DNA from: an uncultured Saprospiraceae bacterium | GTDB lineage: Bacteria; Bacteroidota; Bacteroidia; Chitinophagales; Saprospiraceae | Length of the DNA stretch: 64,000 nt | Assembly (NCBI GenBank): GCA_964441755.1 | Contig: CAYTVG010000006.1 | Coordinates: forward strand, 173,100-237,099 | Direction of reading: 5' to 3' | Shown: positions 56,293 through 64,000 of the stretch, piece by piece | Numbering within the stretch: position 1 is the first letter of the stretch | Layout: each line of letters starts with the position of its first letter | The notes under the pieces: model-generated | Told to the model about the DNA's origin: nothing | What the model saw: only the letters and a program-made list of their open reading frames with translations | Databases searched by the model: none | Program-made: the position numbers and the translations under genes

Positions 56293-56886
56293 TTAACCAA
56301 AAATAAGCGGCATAATCAGCCAGGTCATGATGAGACCGCCAATGAAGAAGCCAATGGTGGTCAGCAGCGAAGGTAGCTGCAGTTGCGACATGCCGGTGAT
56401 GGAGTGCCCGGAAGTACAGCCGTCACCGTAGCGGGCACCAAAGCCTACCAGAAAGCCGCCGACAATGGCAATAATCACTCCCTTGGGGTTGCTGAGGGTA
56501 AACATATCGGGCAGGTAGCCGACGCCCTCAGCCGTGGTGGCAGGGAAAGCAATACCCCACTCGGCCAAGTGCGCAAGGGTGGCGGGGTTGATCTCCAAAG
56601 GGGTGGAGGGTACCAGCCATACAGCCGCAATGGTGCCGCCCAGCACCGTGCCAATGATGAAAGCGATGCGCCAGCCTTCATCCTTGAGGTCAACCTTAAA
56701 GTAATCGAAGCGCTTGCCCGCGCCTGCTACATTACAAAAATCCCGAAAAATAGAGGATACGCCGAAGTGGCGACCCATCCAGACCATTAGTACAAGAACA
56801 ACTGAAAGCCCGGTACCCGAAATGGCCCAGTGCCAGTGTCCCTGTAAGGCCGCAAATACACTGTCCAGTAGCAACAGATTATTCAT
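56293..56886 (-). CDS. YeeE/YedE-family putative sulfur-compound (thiosulfate-type) transporter component
   Basis: 197 aa; GARYGDGCTSGHSITG conserved Cys motif. Confidence 0.8.
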   Translation of the reverse strand: MNNLLLLDSVFAALQGHWHWAISGTGLSVVLVLMVWMGRHFGVSSIFRDFCNVAGAGKRFDYFKVDLKDEGWRIAFIIGTVLGGTIAAVWLVPSTPLEINPATLAHLAEWGIAFPATTAEGVGYLPDMFTLSNPKGVIIAIVGGFLVGFGARYGDGCTSGHSITGMSQLQLPSLLTTIGFFIGGLIMTWLIMPLIFG

Positions 56887-57179
56887 CGTGGTGAAATTTT
56901 ATTGTGGTGATTTGCAGGGAGCGACTTGCACGCTCCGCATTGGTTTCAGGGCTATCAACAGATCTTATGGTGACATAATCCAAAAGCTATGTGGCTGCTG
57001 TCGCGCATTTCCCGAGATGCCGGGCTTTTGTACGTAACAGTACCCTCAGGTGGCGGCTGGCCGCAAAATCCGTCAACCAACACCAATCTTCGCTGCAGCT
57101 TGCAAAAAAAGCGCTATCCCCTGCGATTCACGCATAACAGAACAAACGCTTCGTTTGCTACAGCCTGCCAAAGAAGGCA

Positions 57180-57497
57180 TTACACTTTCTCTGCAAGCGC
57201 CTGATCGATGACGTAGGTCAGGTTTTTGGCCGACTGCATACCGGACTGACGCCATTTTACTTCTCCCTTGTGGTAGAGGATGAAGGTCGGTACGCCCCGG
57301 ATGCTAAGCTTCTCTGCCAACGCCTGGTTGCGGTCAACGTCAATTTTAATGATGGAGGCCTTGTCACCAATGGTCGCTGCCACCTCTTTGAGTATGGGCG
57401 ACATCGCCTGGCAGGGGCCACACCAGTCGGCAGAAAAGTCGATTAGTACGGGCTTATCGCCGTTGATCAGATCGTTGAATGAAACTTTCTTTTCCAT
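57180..57497 (-). CDS. trxA: Thioredoxin
   Basis: 105 aa; VLIDFSADWCGPCQAMSPIL, canonical WCGPC. Confidence 0.93.
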   Translation of the reverse strand: MEKKVSFNDLINGDKPVLIDFSADWCGPCQAMSPILKEVAATIGDKASIIKIDVDRNQALAEKLSIRGVPTFILYHKGEVKWRQSGMQSAKNLTYVIDQALAEKV

Positions 57498-57565
57498 GTT
57501 TTCTTGTTAAATTTCTGAAAGTATGGGGTCTGCAACGGTAGCAGAGACCTGCAAGCAGACTACAA

Positions 57566-57573
57566 CAAAAATA
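57566..57573 (-). promoter_or_regulatory. Candidate -7 element TATTTTTG upstream of trxA
   Basis: Reverse complement of CAAAAATA. Matches TAnnTTTG 69 nt upstream of the trxA ATG. Confidence 0.3.
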
Positions 57574-57849
57574 CAGGAAAAGCTGTCTCTTTTACTGTGA
57601 CCTTTATCACACTGCATACTGAAAACAAGCCTGAACGAAGGTAGCAGGAATATCATTAATTTCCTATCTATTCAGTAGGATTTTTTTAAGCTATCCTGCT
57701 ATTGAATGCTTTTTCGGCCGGTAAAGGCCGGGCAGGGATTTTTTTATAAAAAGCCCTGCTCGATTTCCTCCTCCCGGAGCGCTTCATGCCGGCCTGTTGG
57801 CCTGCCAACCCGCCCGGACTGCACCCGCAGGCCGCCTGGCATTTTTTTC

Positions 57850-60303
57850 CTAAAAACGCCCCCCCAGGCTGAGAAAAAAGCCCCTGCCGTCGGCAGGGAT
57901 GATGCCCGGGCCGGGATAGCCCTCAGCTCTGCGGGTAAAATACTGCTGGTTGAAAAGGTTGTTGACACTGGCTTCGAGGGTGTAGCGCTTGTACTGGTAG
58001 GCAAGGCTGACATCTGCCACCTGGTAGGCAGGAATGCGCCCCTCTACGGCCGTAGCCGTCAGCACAGCGTTGGTGGCGTCGCTGTAGTGCTCAGCCACGT
58101 GCGCAAACTGTGCAGCGACCCGCAAAGATTTGTACGTCCACTGGCTGCCCAGCCGGAGCATAAGCGGCGGCGCCATCTCCACTTTTTTGCCCCGAATACT
58201 GCTGTCATCGGTATTGATGTAGCGCGCGTCTACGTAGGCGCAGTTGACAAAAAAAGTCCACTGCTGTTCCGTGGCCTGATCGCTGAGCAGGGGGATGAGG
58301 TTGAGTTCGCCAAAAAATTCCAGCCCCAGGTTGCGGGCGTCCGAGATGTTGCCCCTAAAGCGGTAGTCGAGGAAGAGGGGTGGCTGGTCGGCGCGCAGGA
58401 CCTGGCCTATCTTATCGTTGTAGCGTACCCAGAAGGCGGTAAATTCCAGGTTGTAGTGGTTTTCTTTGCTGGCTTTGAGCCCCAGGTCGGCGGTGTAGCC
58501 CGACTCGTCCCGGATGTCGGGGTCTACCCGCAGGTTGGGGTTGACGACCCGGATGTCGCTGAAATTGATGGCCCGGTAGTTTTGGGAGATGTTGGCATAG
58601 ACCGATAGCCCGTCTTTGATCGCGTAGCGGCTACCCAGGCCGGCGATGACGAAGTTGCGGGCTCTCCCCATAGATTCTTCATTTTTGCTTTCTGCTATCA
58701 GGTTGCCGGCACCGTCAAAGACCCGCTGCTTGAAATAGCCCCGGGCCTGGGTTTCGATGTGCTCCAGCCGGAGGCCGGGCGTGAGGCTCCAGCGGTCGCT
58801 GAGGTTGAAAATATGCTCCGCAAAGACGCTGATATTGTCATTGGTGAAAAGGTAGTCGGAATTTTCGAGATTGCCGGGGTTGAGGTAGTCAAAATCCGGC
58901 CCTTCGCCATCGTTGGCCTCTCCCTGCAGGGCGGTAGTTGTGCCCCTGTAAATGCGGGTGCCCACGAGCAGGGTGTGCTGCTGCCGGCCAATCGGATAGC
59001 GGTGCAGTAAGCGGGTTTCATTGCCCACATTGTTAAACTGACCGCTGATGAGGGTTCTGTTGCCGCCAAAGTCGATCACATTGATCCGCTCGAGATTGCC
59101 CAGCGCATTGCGGCCTGCCAGCAGGCCAAAATTGCGGCTGTTGAGCTGTGTCTGCTCGCTGAATTTGTAGGTAAGCGTGAGCGCCGCCATGTTCCAGTCT
59201 ACCGCAAACCAGTTGCGGTTGCGAAAAGACTGTCGGGGGTTTTGCGCAAAATTTCTGTCGGTAAGCCCGCCTGCCTGTTGGGCGAGGTAGTGCATACGGG
59301 TGATTTCCAGGCCGACAGCCAGCTTGTCGCTGGCTTCGTAGTTGAGGGATACGAAACCGTTGACAGCCTCAAAGCCGCTGTTGTCCCTGTACCCGTCGCC
59401 GCGCTTGTACTGCAGGAAAGCATAATAGTTCAGCTTGCCTTTGGCCACCGTGCCGCCCAGGCTGTTGAAGCTGTTGAAAAAGCCCCAGGAGCCGGCCGTC
59501 TGCCGGCTGACCACTTCTATGGGCCGGTCTGCCGGCCCTTTTTTAAACCGAAAATTGAGCATGCCGCCAAATTGGGTGCCGTACTGCAGCGAGGCGGCAC
59601 CGCGCACCAGCTCGATGCGCTCCAGCGCCTCGAGGGGCGGCGTGTAGTAGCTTTCCGGGTAGCCGAGGGCGTCGGCTGCAATATCGTATCCGTTCTGCCG
59701 CACATTGAAATTGGCGGTGCGGTTGGGCGACAGCCCCCGGCCGCCAATGCCGAGCTGCAGCCCGGCGCCGTCGCTCTCCCAGATGTTCAGGCCCGTCACT
59801 TTGGCATACACCTGCCGGGCGTTGTTGGTCGCCGTGTTGGCCGTCACTTCCGACATTTCGATGACCTCCGATTTTTTGCCCTCATAGATGCCAAAATTTT
59901 CCACAGCGCGCAGCGAGTTCATGCCAAAGCGTTTGTCCTTGCGCGAGACAACTGTCACGAGCTCCAGCATCTCAGCTATGGGCTCGAGGGTGATGCGCAC
60001 GTCTATCTCCGCCTGCCCGAGCACGATTTCGCGCTGCTGGGTGGTCCAGCCAATGGAAAAGCACAGCAGCTCGTAGCGCCCAAATGGCACCTCTGTCAGG
60101 GTAAAAGCCCCCGCCGCATCCGTATAGGCCAGCTTCTGGAGCTGCTCGAGGTAGATCGTCGCCCCTTCAACGGCCTGCCCGGCGGGCGAGGTGACAACGC
60201 CCCGGATGGTGCCCGTCGCAGCCAGGGCAGCCAGCGGCAGGAGTGCATTTGATAAAAACCAAAGGCACAAAGCCGTTATGCGGTTGCGCTTCATTCTTCC
60301 CAT
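57850..60303 (-). CDS. TonB-dependent receptor (siderophore/metal-type) with CarboxypepD_reg domain
   Basis: 817 aa; signal peptide, GTIRGVVTSPAGQAVEGATIYL, plug (RIELVRGAASLQYGTQFGGMLNF), C-terminal ...FFLSLGGRF. The alternative start at 60294 forms an ATGA overlap with the HTTM stop. Confidence 0.9.
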   Translation of the reverse strand: MGRMKRNRITALCLWFLSNALLPLAALAATGTIRGVVTSPAGQAVEGATIYLEQLQKLAYTDAAGAFTLTEVPFGRYELLCFSIGWTTQQREIVLGQAEIDVRITLEPIAEMLELVTVVSRKDKRFGMNSLRAVENFGIYEGKKSEVIEMSEVTANTATNNARQVYAKVTGLNIWESDGAGLQLGIGGRGLSPNRTANFNVRQNGYDIAADALGYPESYYTPPLEALERIELVRGAASLQYGTQFGGMLNFRFKKGPADRPIEVVSRQTAGSWGFFNSFNSLGGTVAKGKLNYYAFLQYKRGDGYRDNSGFEAVNGFVSLNYEASDKLAVGLEITRMHYLAQQAGGLTDRNFAQNPRQSFRNRNWFAVDWNMAALTLTYKFSEQTQLNSRNFGLLAGRNALGNLERINVIDFGGNRTLISGQFNNVGNETRLLHRYPIGRQQHTLLVGTRIYRGTTTALQGEANDGEGPDFDYLNPGNLENSDYLFTNDNISVFAEHIFNLSDRWSLTPGLRLEHIETQARGYFKQRVFDGAGNLIAESKNEESMGRARNFVIAGLGSRYAIKDGLSVYANISQNYRAINFSDIRVVNPNLRVDPDIRDESGYTADLGLKASKENHYNLEFTAFWVRYNDKIGQVLRADQPPLFLDYRFRGNISDARNLGLEFFGELNLIPLLSDQATEQQWTFFVNCAYVDARYINTDDSSIRGKKVEMAPPLMLRLGSQWTYKSLRVAAQFAHVAEHYSDATNAVLTATAVEGRIPAYQVADVSLAYQYKRYTLEASVNNLFNQQYFTRRAEGYPGPGIIPADGRGFFLSLGGRF

Positions 60304-61658
60304 GGCAGTATCCAGTCTTTCGGTTTGAACGTATCTTTTTCCTTCATCAAATCCCGCTGCGGGTCAATGAGCAGGCGGCTGGGGCGGGCATTCAGGGTGA
60401 CGTATACCTCAGCCCGCAGGGCGGGCTGGTATACGCCCTGTGCCGCGTAGTATTTTCCCAAAAAATGCGCATACTGCAGGATCATATCGGGCTGCATGGC
60501 CATCTGCTTCTCCTGGTGCGCATTCAGAAATTCGCGGTTGTCGACCACCCCCTCCCGGCCCGAGCGGGTGTCTTTGACGTAAAAAGTGGCGGTGCCCGCC
60601 TTTTCCATCAGCATCACCCGCCACGAAAAGCGGTAGCCTTCTTCGGTCCAGAACAGGTTGCCGGGGTACAGGAGGTAGCGCCACGGAAACAGCAACTGAA
60701 AGCCGAGGTAGGCCAGCAGCAGGTAGTTGAGCAACCTGCCGGCGCGGGCAGGCGGCAGCCCGGAGGCCGGCCGGGCGGCAGCCCGCTCAAAGAAATGGCG
60801 GCTACTCGTAGCTGCTTCAGCAGGTGGCCGCCCGAAAAGCCGGCCAACCCAGCCGGCATGCCATTTGTCATCAAAAAAGATGGTCGCTATGCCGATCATC
60901 ACCAGCGGGAAGACGCCGATCTGGAACATCAGCCCGGTGAGGCTGTGGAAGACGATGACGGTCAGGTAGGCCCACGGCCGGCTGGGCTTGTAGCGCAAAA
61001 AAAATACAATAAAGGTATCGTACAGCATGCCAAACCAGGCAAACAGGTAGGGTGTGAGCTCCCAATTAAATAGCGGGCCGATGAGCGGGAGTTTGTCGTT
61101 GGCTGGTAGCCAGATTTTTAGGGGGAGGGCCTCGATCAGCCAGTCGTAGTTGATCTTGGCCAGGCCCGCATAGACGTACAGGATGGCTATCTGGGCTTTG
61201 ATGATGAAGATGGCCGAGCGTTTTACCTGCTGCTGCAGCGGATCCGCAAAGGGGCTGATGTGGGAGGGCATAAAAACCAGCAGCAGGCACATCAGACTCA
61301 CAAAGTAGTAGTGGTTGAGGTAGTAGGTAAGGTCAATCAGCTCGGTATAGGTAAACGTCAGAAAAAGCACAAGAGCGGCGATACGGTAGGCAAGCCCGCG
61401 CAGCAGCATGATGCCGATGGCAGCCAGGATCATGAGAAAATGCACAGCGTAGAGGGCTTCGCGCGAAAGGGGCTCCACCCAGCTAAACCCCCAGTACTTG
61501 AAGTGAAAAACGGGCTCAATGTAATGATCTTCAATCCACCCCAACGCCATGAAGCGGACGGTACTAAACACCATCAGCAGCCCGAAAATCAGTCGGAAAC
61601 TGATAAGCGGCGCTGCTGATACTTGTGCGTTTAGATACTGATGAACCCTCTCCACCAT
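60291..61658 (-). CDS. HTTM-domain (vitamin K-dependent gamma-carboxylase-like) integral membrane protein
   Basis: MVERVHQYLNAQVSAAPLISFRLIFGLLMVFSTVRFMALGWIEDHYIEPVFHFKYWGF is a typical HTTM N-terminus. Alternative upstream starts at 61700 and 61775. Confidence 0.8.
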   Translation of the reverse strand: MVERVHQYLNAQVSAAPLISFRLIFGLLMVFSTVRFMALGWIEDHYIEPVFHFKYWGFSWVEPLSREALYAVHFLMILAAIGIMLLRGLAYRIAALVLFLTFTYTELIDLTYYLNHYYFVSLMCLLLVFMPSHISPFADPLQQQVKRSAIFIIKAQIAILYVYAGLAKINYDWLIEALPLKIWLPANDKLPLIGPLFNWELTPYLFAWFGMLYDTFIVFFLRYKPSRPWAYLTVIVFHSLTGLMFQIGVFPLVMIGIATIFFDDKWHAGWVGRLFGRPPAEAATSSRHFFERAAARPASGLPPARAGRLLNYLLLAYLGFQLLFPWRYLLYPGNLFWTEEGYRFSWRVMLMEKAGTATFYVKDTRSGREGVVDNREFLNAHQEKQMAMQPDMILQYAHFLGKYYAAQGVYQPALRAEVYVTLNARPSRLLIDPQRDLMKEKDTFKPKDWILPWEE

Positions 61659-61835
61659 GAGTGTCTGTTTAGCCCCCTTTCGGGAATTGCTGCCGGACAT
61701 AAACCCGGGCTGTTTGTTCGCGCATCGTTGTGTTGTTGTTGAAGGGGTACTGCCGGTGCCCCCCGACTGAGACATGATGAAAACCTACAGGGAAAGCGCT
61801 CGCTGATAAAATCCCGCACAGGCGCTCATCGCTGA

Positions 61836-62942
61836 TTAGTCGCCATCGCCACTGCTGTAAGTAATAGCGATGCCCAGCAGCGAGCTCATATCACTCTTGA
61901 AAAAGCGGACATGCTTCTGCAGCTCGAGCTGCAGGTCTCTGACAGGCTGGGGGTTGTTGATGATCAAATCAGCAAGGGAAGTGCCGGCCGGCAGGCTGTT
62001 GGCGGCAGCCAGCACTTTTTCCCATTGTGCGAGGGTAGACTCCACCAGGGCCGTTCCGCCCGTCACCGTCTGCAGGTAATCTTTGAAGCCGGGGCCGTCC
62101 GTACCGTTCTTACTTCTCCCCCGATAGATATTTTCGATGGCTGTCAGGTGGATTTTGAGAAAATCTGCAGACTTGCCCGAGTAGTAGGCCTCTACCAACT
62201 GCGGCTCTGCCTGCGTCTGCCCGGGCCTGCTGCCCAGGGGCAGTTCGATTTTCATATTTTTGTTGGTCTCAAAGCTTTTCACAAATTCGTTGTACAGCAT
62301 AGAAGTACTGCTGCCCACATCGGTGCCTGCGTTGCTGGTAAAAGTGGCGGTATAGCCATTGTCCCAGGCCTGCACGACCGTGTTAAGCCGCGACTGTATG
62401 TTGCGGGCGCACTGCAGCAGGTAGGTCTGGCGCGCAGGCTGGCTTTGCAGCAGCGCCACGACTGCCTCCGGGCTCGTGCCCGGTGCTGCAAACAGCAGAT
62501 ACTCCAGCGCCAGCAAGCCTCTGGCGTCGCGGTTAAAATCGTTGAAATTAAACTGGCCGGCACTGATGGCGGCCTCGATTTTTTGCGCAGACACCGGGAA
62601 GGTGGCAATTTCTTCCGACAAAGACCTGCTCAGCCCCTGCTCGGCGGCCGGCCCGAGGTTGAAAGCGTTGGCGTACATCCACTCGCCATAGGCGTTGACC
62701 CAGGCGCTCTGCGCACTCGCGAGCTGCTGGGGGTCGGGGCTGCCCGCCAGGGTTTCGATGGCTGTGATCAGTTGGTTGACAGCAAGCTGTGCATCCCGAT
62801 AGGCCGGCACGATCAGGTTGTCGGCATAATTTTTCAGCATCAGCGCCCGGTCAAAATCATCTTTGCCGCCGTTGACATCGTCTTTTTTGCACGACCCGGT
62901 CAGCACCATCAGCAAGCTCAATACAAATACAATTCTGGCCAT
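61836..62942 (-). CDS. Imelysin-family (M75-like, iron-uptake-associated) lipoprotein
   Basis: Lipobox LTGSC. DRALMLKNYADNLIVPAYRDAQLAVNQLITAIETL and the two-lobed helical repeat pattern are typical of imelysin-like proteins. The ATG at 62942 is preferred over 62987. Confidence 0.7.
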   Translation of the reverse strand: MARIVFVLSLLMVLTGSCKKDDVNGGKDDFDRALMLKNYADNLIVPAYRDAQLAVNQLITAIETLAGSPDPQQLASAQSAWVNAYGEWMYANAFNLGPAAEQGLSRSLSEEIATFPVSAQKIEAAISAGQFNFNDFNRDARGLLALEYLLFAAPGTSPEAVVALLQSQPARQTYLLQCARNIQSRLNTVVQAWDNGYTATFTSNAGTDVGSSTSMLYNEFVKSFETNKNMKIELPLGSRPGQTQAEPQLVEAYYSGKSADFLKIHLTAIENIYRGRSKNGTDGPGFKDYLQTVTGGTALVESTLAQWEKVLAAANSLPAGTSLADLIINNPQPVRDLQLELQKHVRFFKSDMSSLLGIAITYSSGDGD

Positions 62943-63014
62943 AGCAATTTTGATTTTTTTGACGTACAAAAGGCTGCAGGAGCACATGCTCCTGCAGCCT
63001 GCAGATGTTTTCTT

Positions 63015-64000
63015 TTATCTTCCCTGAGTACTCACCCAGTTGGTTTTGAAGTCTTCGATTTCCTGATTGCTAAATCCGTAGATGCCCTGCAGCTGGGCGA
63101 TGAGCTGCTGCAGCTTCGGCAGTTCGCTGGCCGGATCGGTAGCAAACTTGTAGACCGCAGCGTTGCCGGTAGCGGGTGCGTTGAGCAACGCCAGGGCCTG
63201 GTCGATCTCAGCATCCGTAATTTTTCTGTATTGCGGATCGATGTTTTTGAATCCGTGGATAAATCCGATACCCTCGCCAATGGCGTGCAGGGCAGCACCG
63301 ATTTCACTCTCTGTGGGATTGGTGGCGCTCAGCCGGCTGATGGGCGTGTGGCAGTAGTTGATGACCGTAGCCGCGTTGATTTTTTCCCAAAGCAGGCGGA
63401 TGTCGGCCAGGGCTTTGTCTCTTTCTTCTTCGTATTGGTTGCCCGCCTTGACAGCTGCCTGCAAAGTGATGAAAGCTGTTTTGATCTGCGCGTACATGCC
63501 TTTGCCATCATTTTTATCCCTGCGGGCGCCATAGTTGGCCATGGCGAGATCCCGGTTTTCTGCTGCAACATTGTTCGAGCCCGAGTTGGCAAAAGCAGGC
63601 TTGGCACCAAAGATGGCCACCAACTGATCGACTGTCTGCGCTGTGACGGGTCCGCTCATCAGCTTGACGGCGTGGTTGTAGAGGGTAGCATTGAACTGCC
63701 CCTTTTCTACCAGTTGTTCCATTTCTACGCCATACTCATCAAACAGGTAGCCTCCGTAGACGCCCCCCTGAGAGCTTCCGTTGGGAGCCTGCGGAGTCCA
63801 GGTGGTGCCGCTGGCCTTGGCCAGCTCGTCAAACCAGCCACCATCGCCCTCCAGTCTGCCTTTGTAGTAGGTCGTAATCTCCGCAGCAAGGGCGGGATTA
63901 CCGGCATTGAAGAGCGTCTGCAGCGACTGTCTGCTGACTGTATTGGTCGCCGTACGCCCCTTTTTGGCTTCATCGGTGAGGGCAATCAACTGGTTGATCA
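63015..64000 (-). CDS. DUF4856-like protein, C-terminal ~325 codons (5' end beyond the right window edge)
   Basis: Open frame to the window edge. Assigned from gene context (upstream of imelysin/HTTM/receptor) and recalled sequence resemblance. Confidence 0.6.
   Translation of the reverse strand, partial: INQLIALTDEAKKGRTATNTVSRQSLQTLFNAGNPALAAEITTYYKGRLEGDGGWFDELAKASGTTWTPQAPNGSSQGGVYGGYLFDEYGVEMEQLVEKGQFNATLYNHAVKLMSGPVTAQTVDQLVAIFGAKPAFANSGSNNVAAENRDLAMANYGARRDKNDGKGMYAQIKTAFITLQAAVKAGNQYEEERDKALADIRLLWEKINAATVINYCHTPISRLSATNPTESEIGAALHAIGEGIGFIHGFKNIDPQYRKITDAEIDQALALLNAPATGNAAVYKFATDPASELPKLQQLIAQLQGIYGFSNQEIEDFKTNWVSTQGR

Noticed and set aside
57706-60252. Plus-strand ORFs of 300 and 336 aa
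   Set aside because: These are antisense to the 817-aa TonB-dependent receptor.
1-64000. Mobile genetic element, prophage, defence island or RNA genes
   Set aside because: I recognised no integrase, transposase, recombinase, phage structural, restriction/modification, toxin-antitoxin or cas-like protein in any frame. I saw no tRNA-like or rRNA-like sequence in the intergenic gaps. A proper tRNAscan/Infernal run is still needed to exclude small RNAs.

Overview
64-kb chromosomal segment from a fairly high-GC member of the Bacteroidota. The phylum call rests on a PorP/SprF type IX secretion protein, CarboxypepD_reg-type TonB-dependent receptors, a DUF4856-imelysin-HTTM-receptor cluster and TAnnTTTG -7 promoter motifs. 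I support about 40 protein-coding genes, mostly housekeeping or metabolic. In order they are: YdeP-like Mo-oxidoreductase (partial) + FdhD; ComEA-like + ComEC; QueD; PorP/SprF; YgjP-like metallopeptidase; AlaS; S41 protease; alpha/beta hydrolase; a class III nucleotidyl cyclase followed by two secreted hypotheticals; a GltD-like flavoprotein-ferredoxin fusion coupled to KorA/KorB; MarR + thiolase; a Tat-less molybdopterin oxidoreductase with a fused FeS-NrfD partner; a TonB-dependent receptor; GH92 mannosidase; a TPR-AraC regulator; a 1659-aa beta-helix/HYR surface protein; a PAP2/vanadium-haloperoxidase-like protein; FeoAB; a DMT protein; a YeeE/YedE pair; thioredoxin; and a DUF4856-imelysin-HTTM-TonB receptor operon. 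I recognised no rRNA, tRNA, CRISPR-cas, transposase, integrase, phage or toxin/defence genes, so the window does not look like a mobile island. The most unusual content is non-coding. A ~650-bp mosaic of hairpin modules lies at 54.67-55.32 kb. A 3.5x tandem array of an 86-87-bp double-hairpin unit lies at 49.9-50.2 kb. There are 42-bp perfect palindromes, decaying tandem repeats, and a duplicated leader with an upstream ORF at 18.84-18.96 kb. Among coding regions, the cytoplasm-facing Mo-enzyme/FeS-NrfD pair, the GltD-ferredoxin/KorAB coupling and the giant surface protein without a recognisable T9SS sorting domain deserve follow-up. All protein calls come from motif and architecture recognition by eye; no database search was run. 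Many long ORFs in the track are antisense shadows of real genes.
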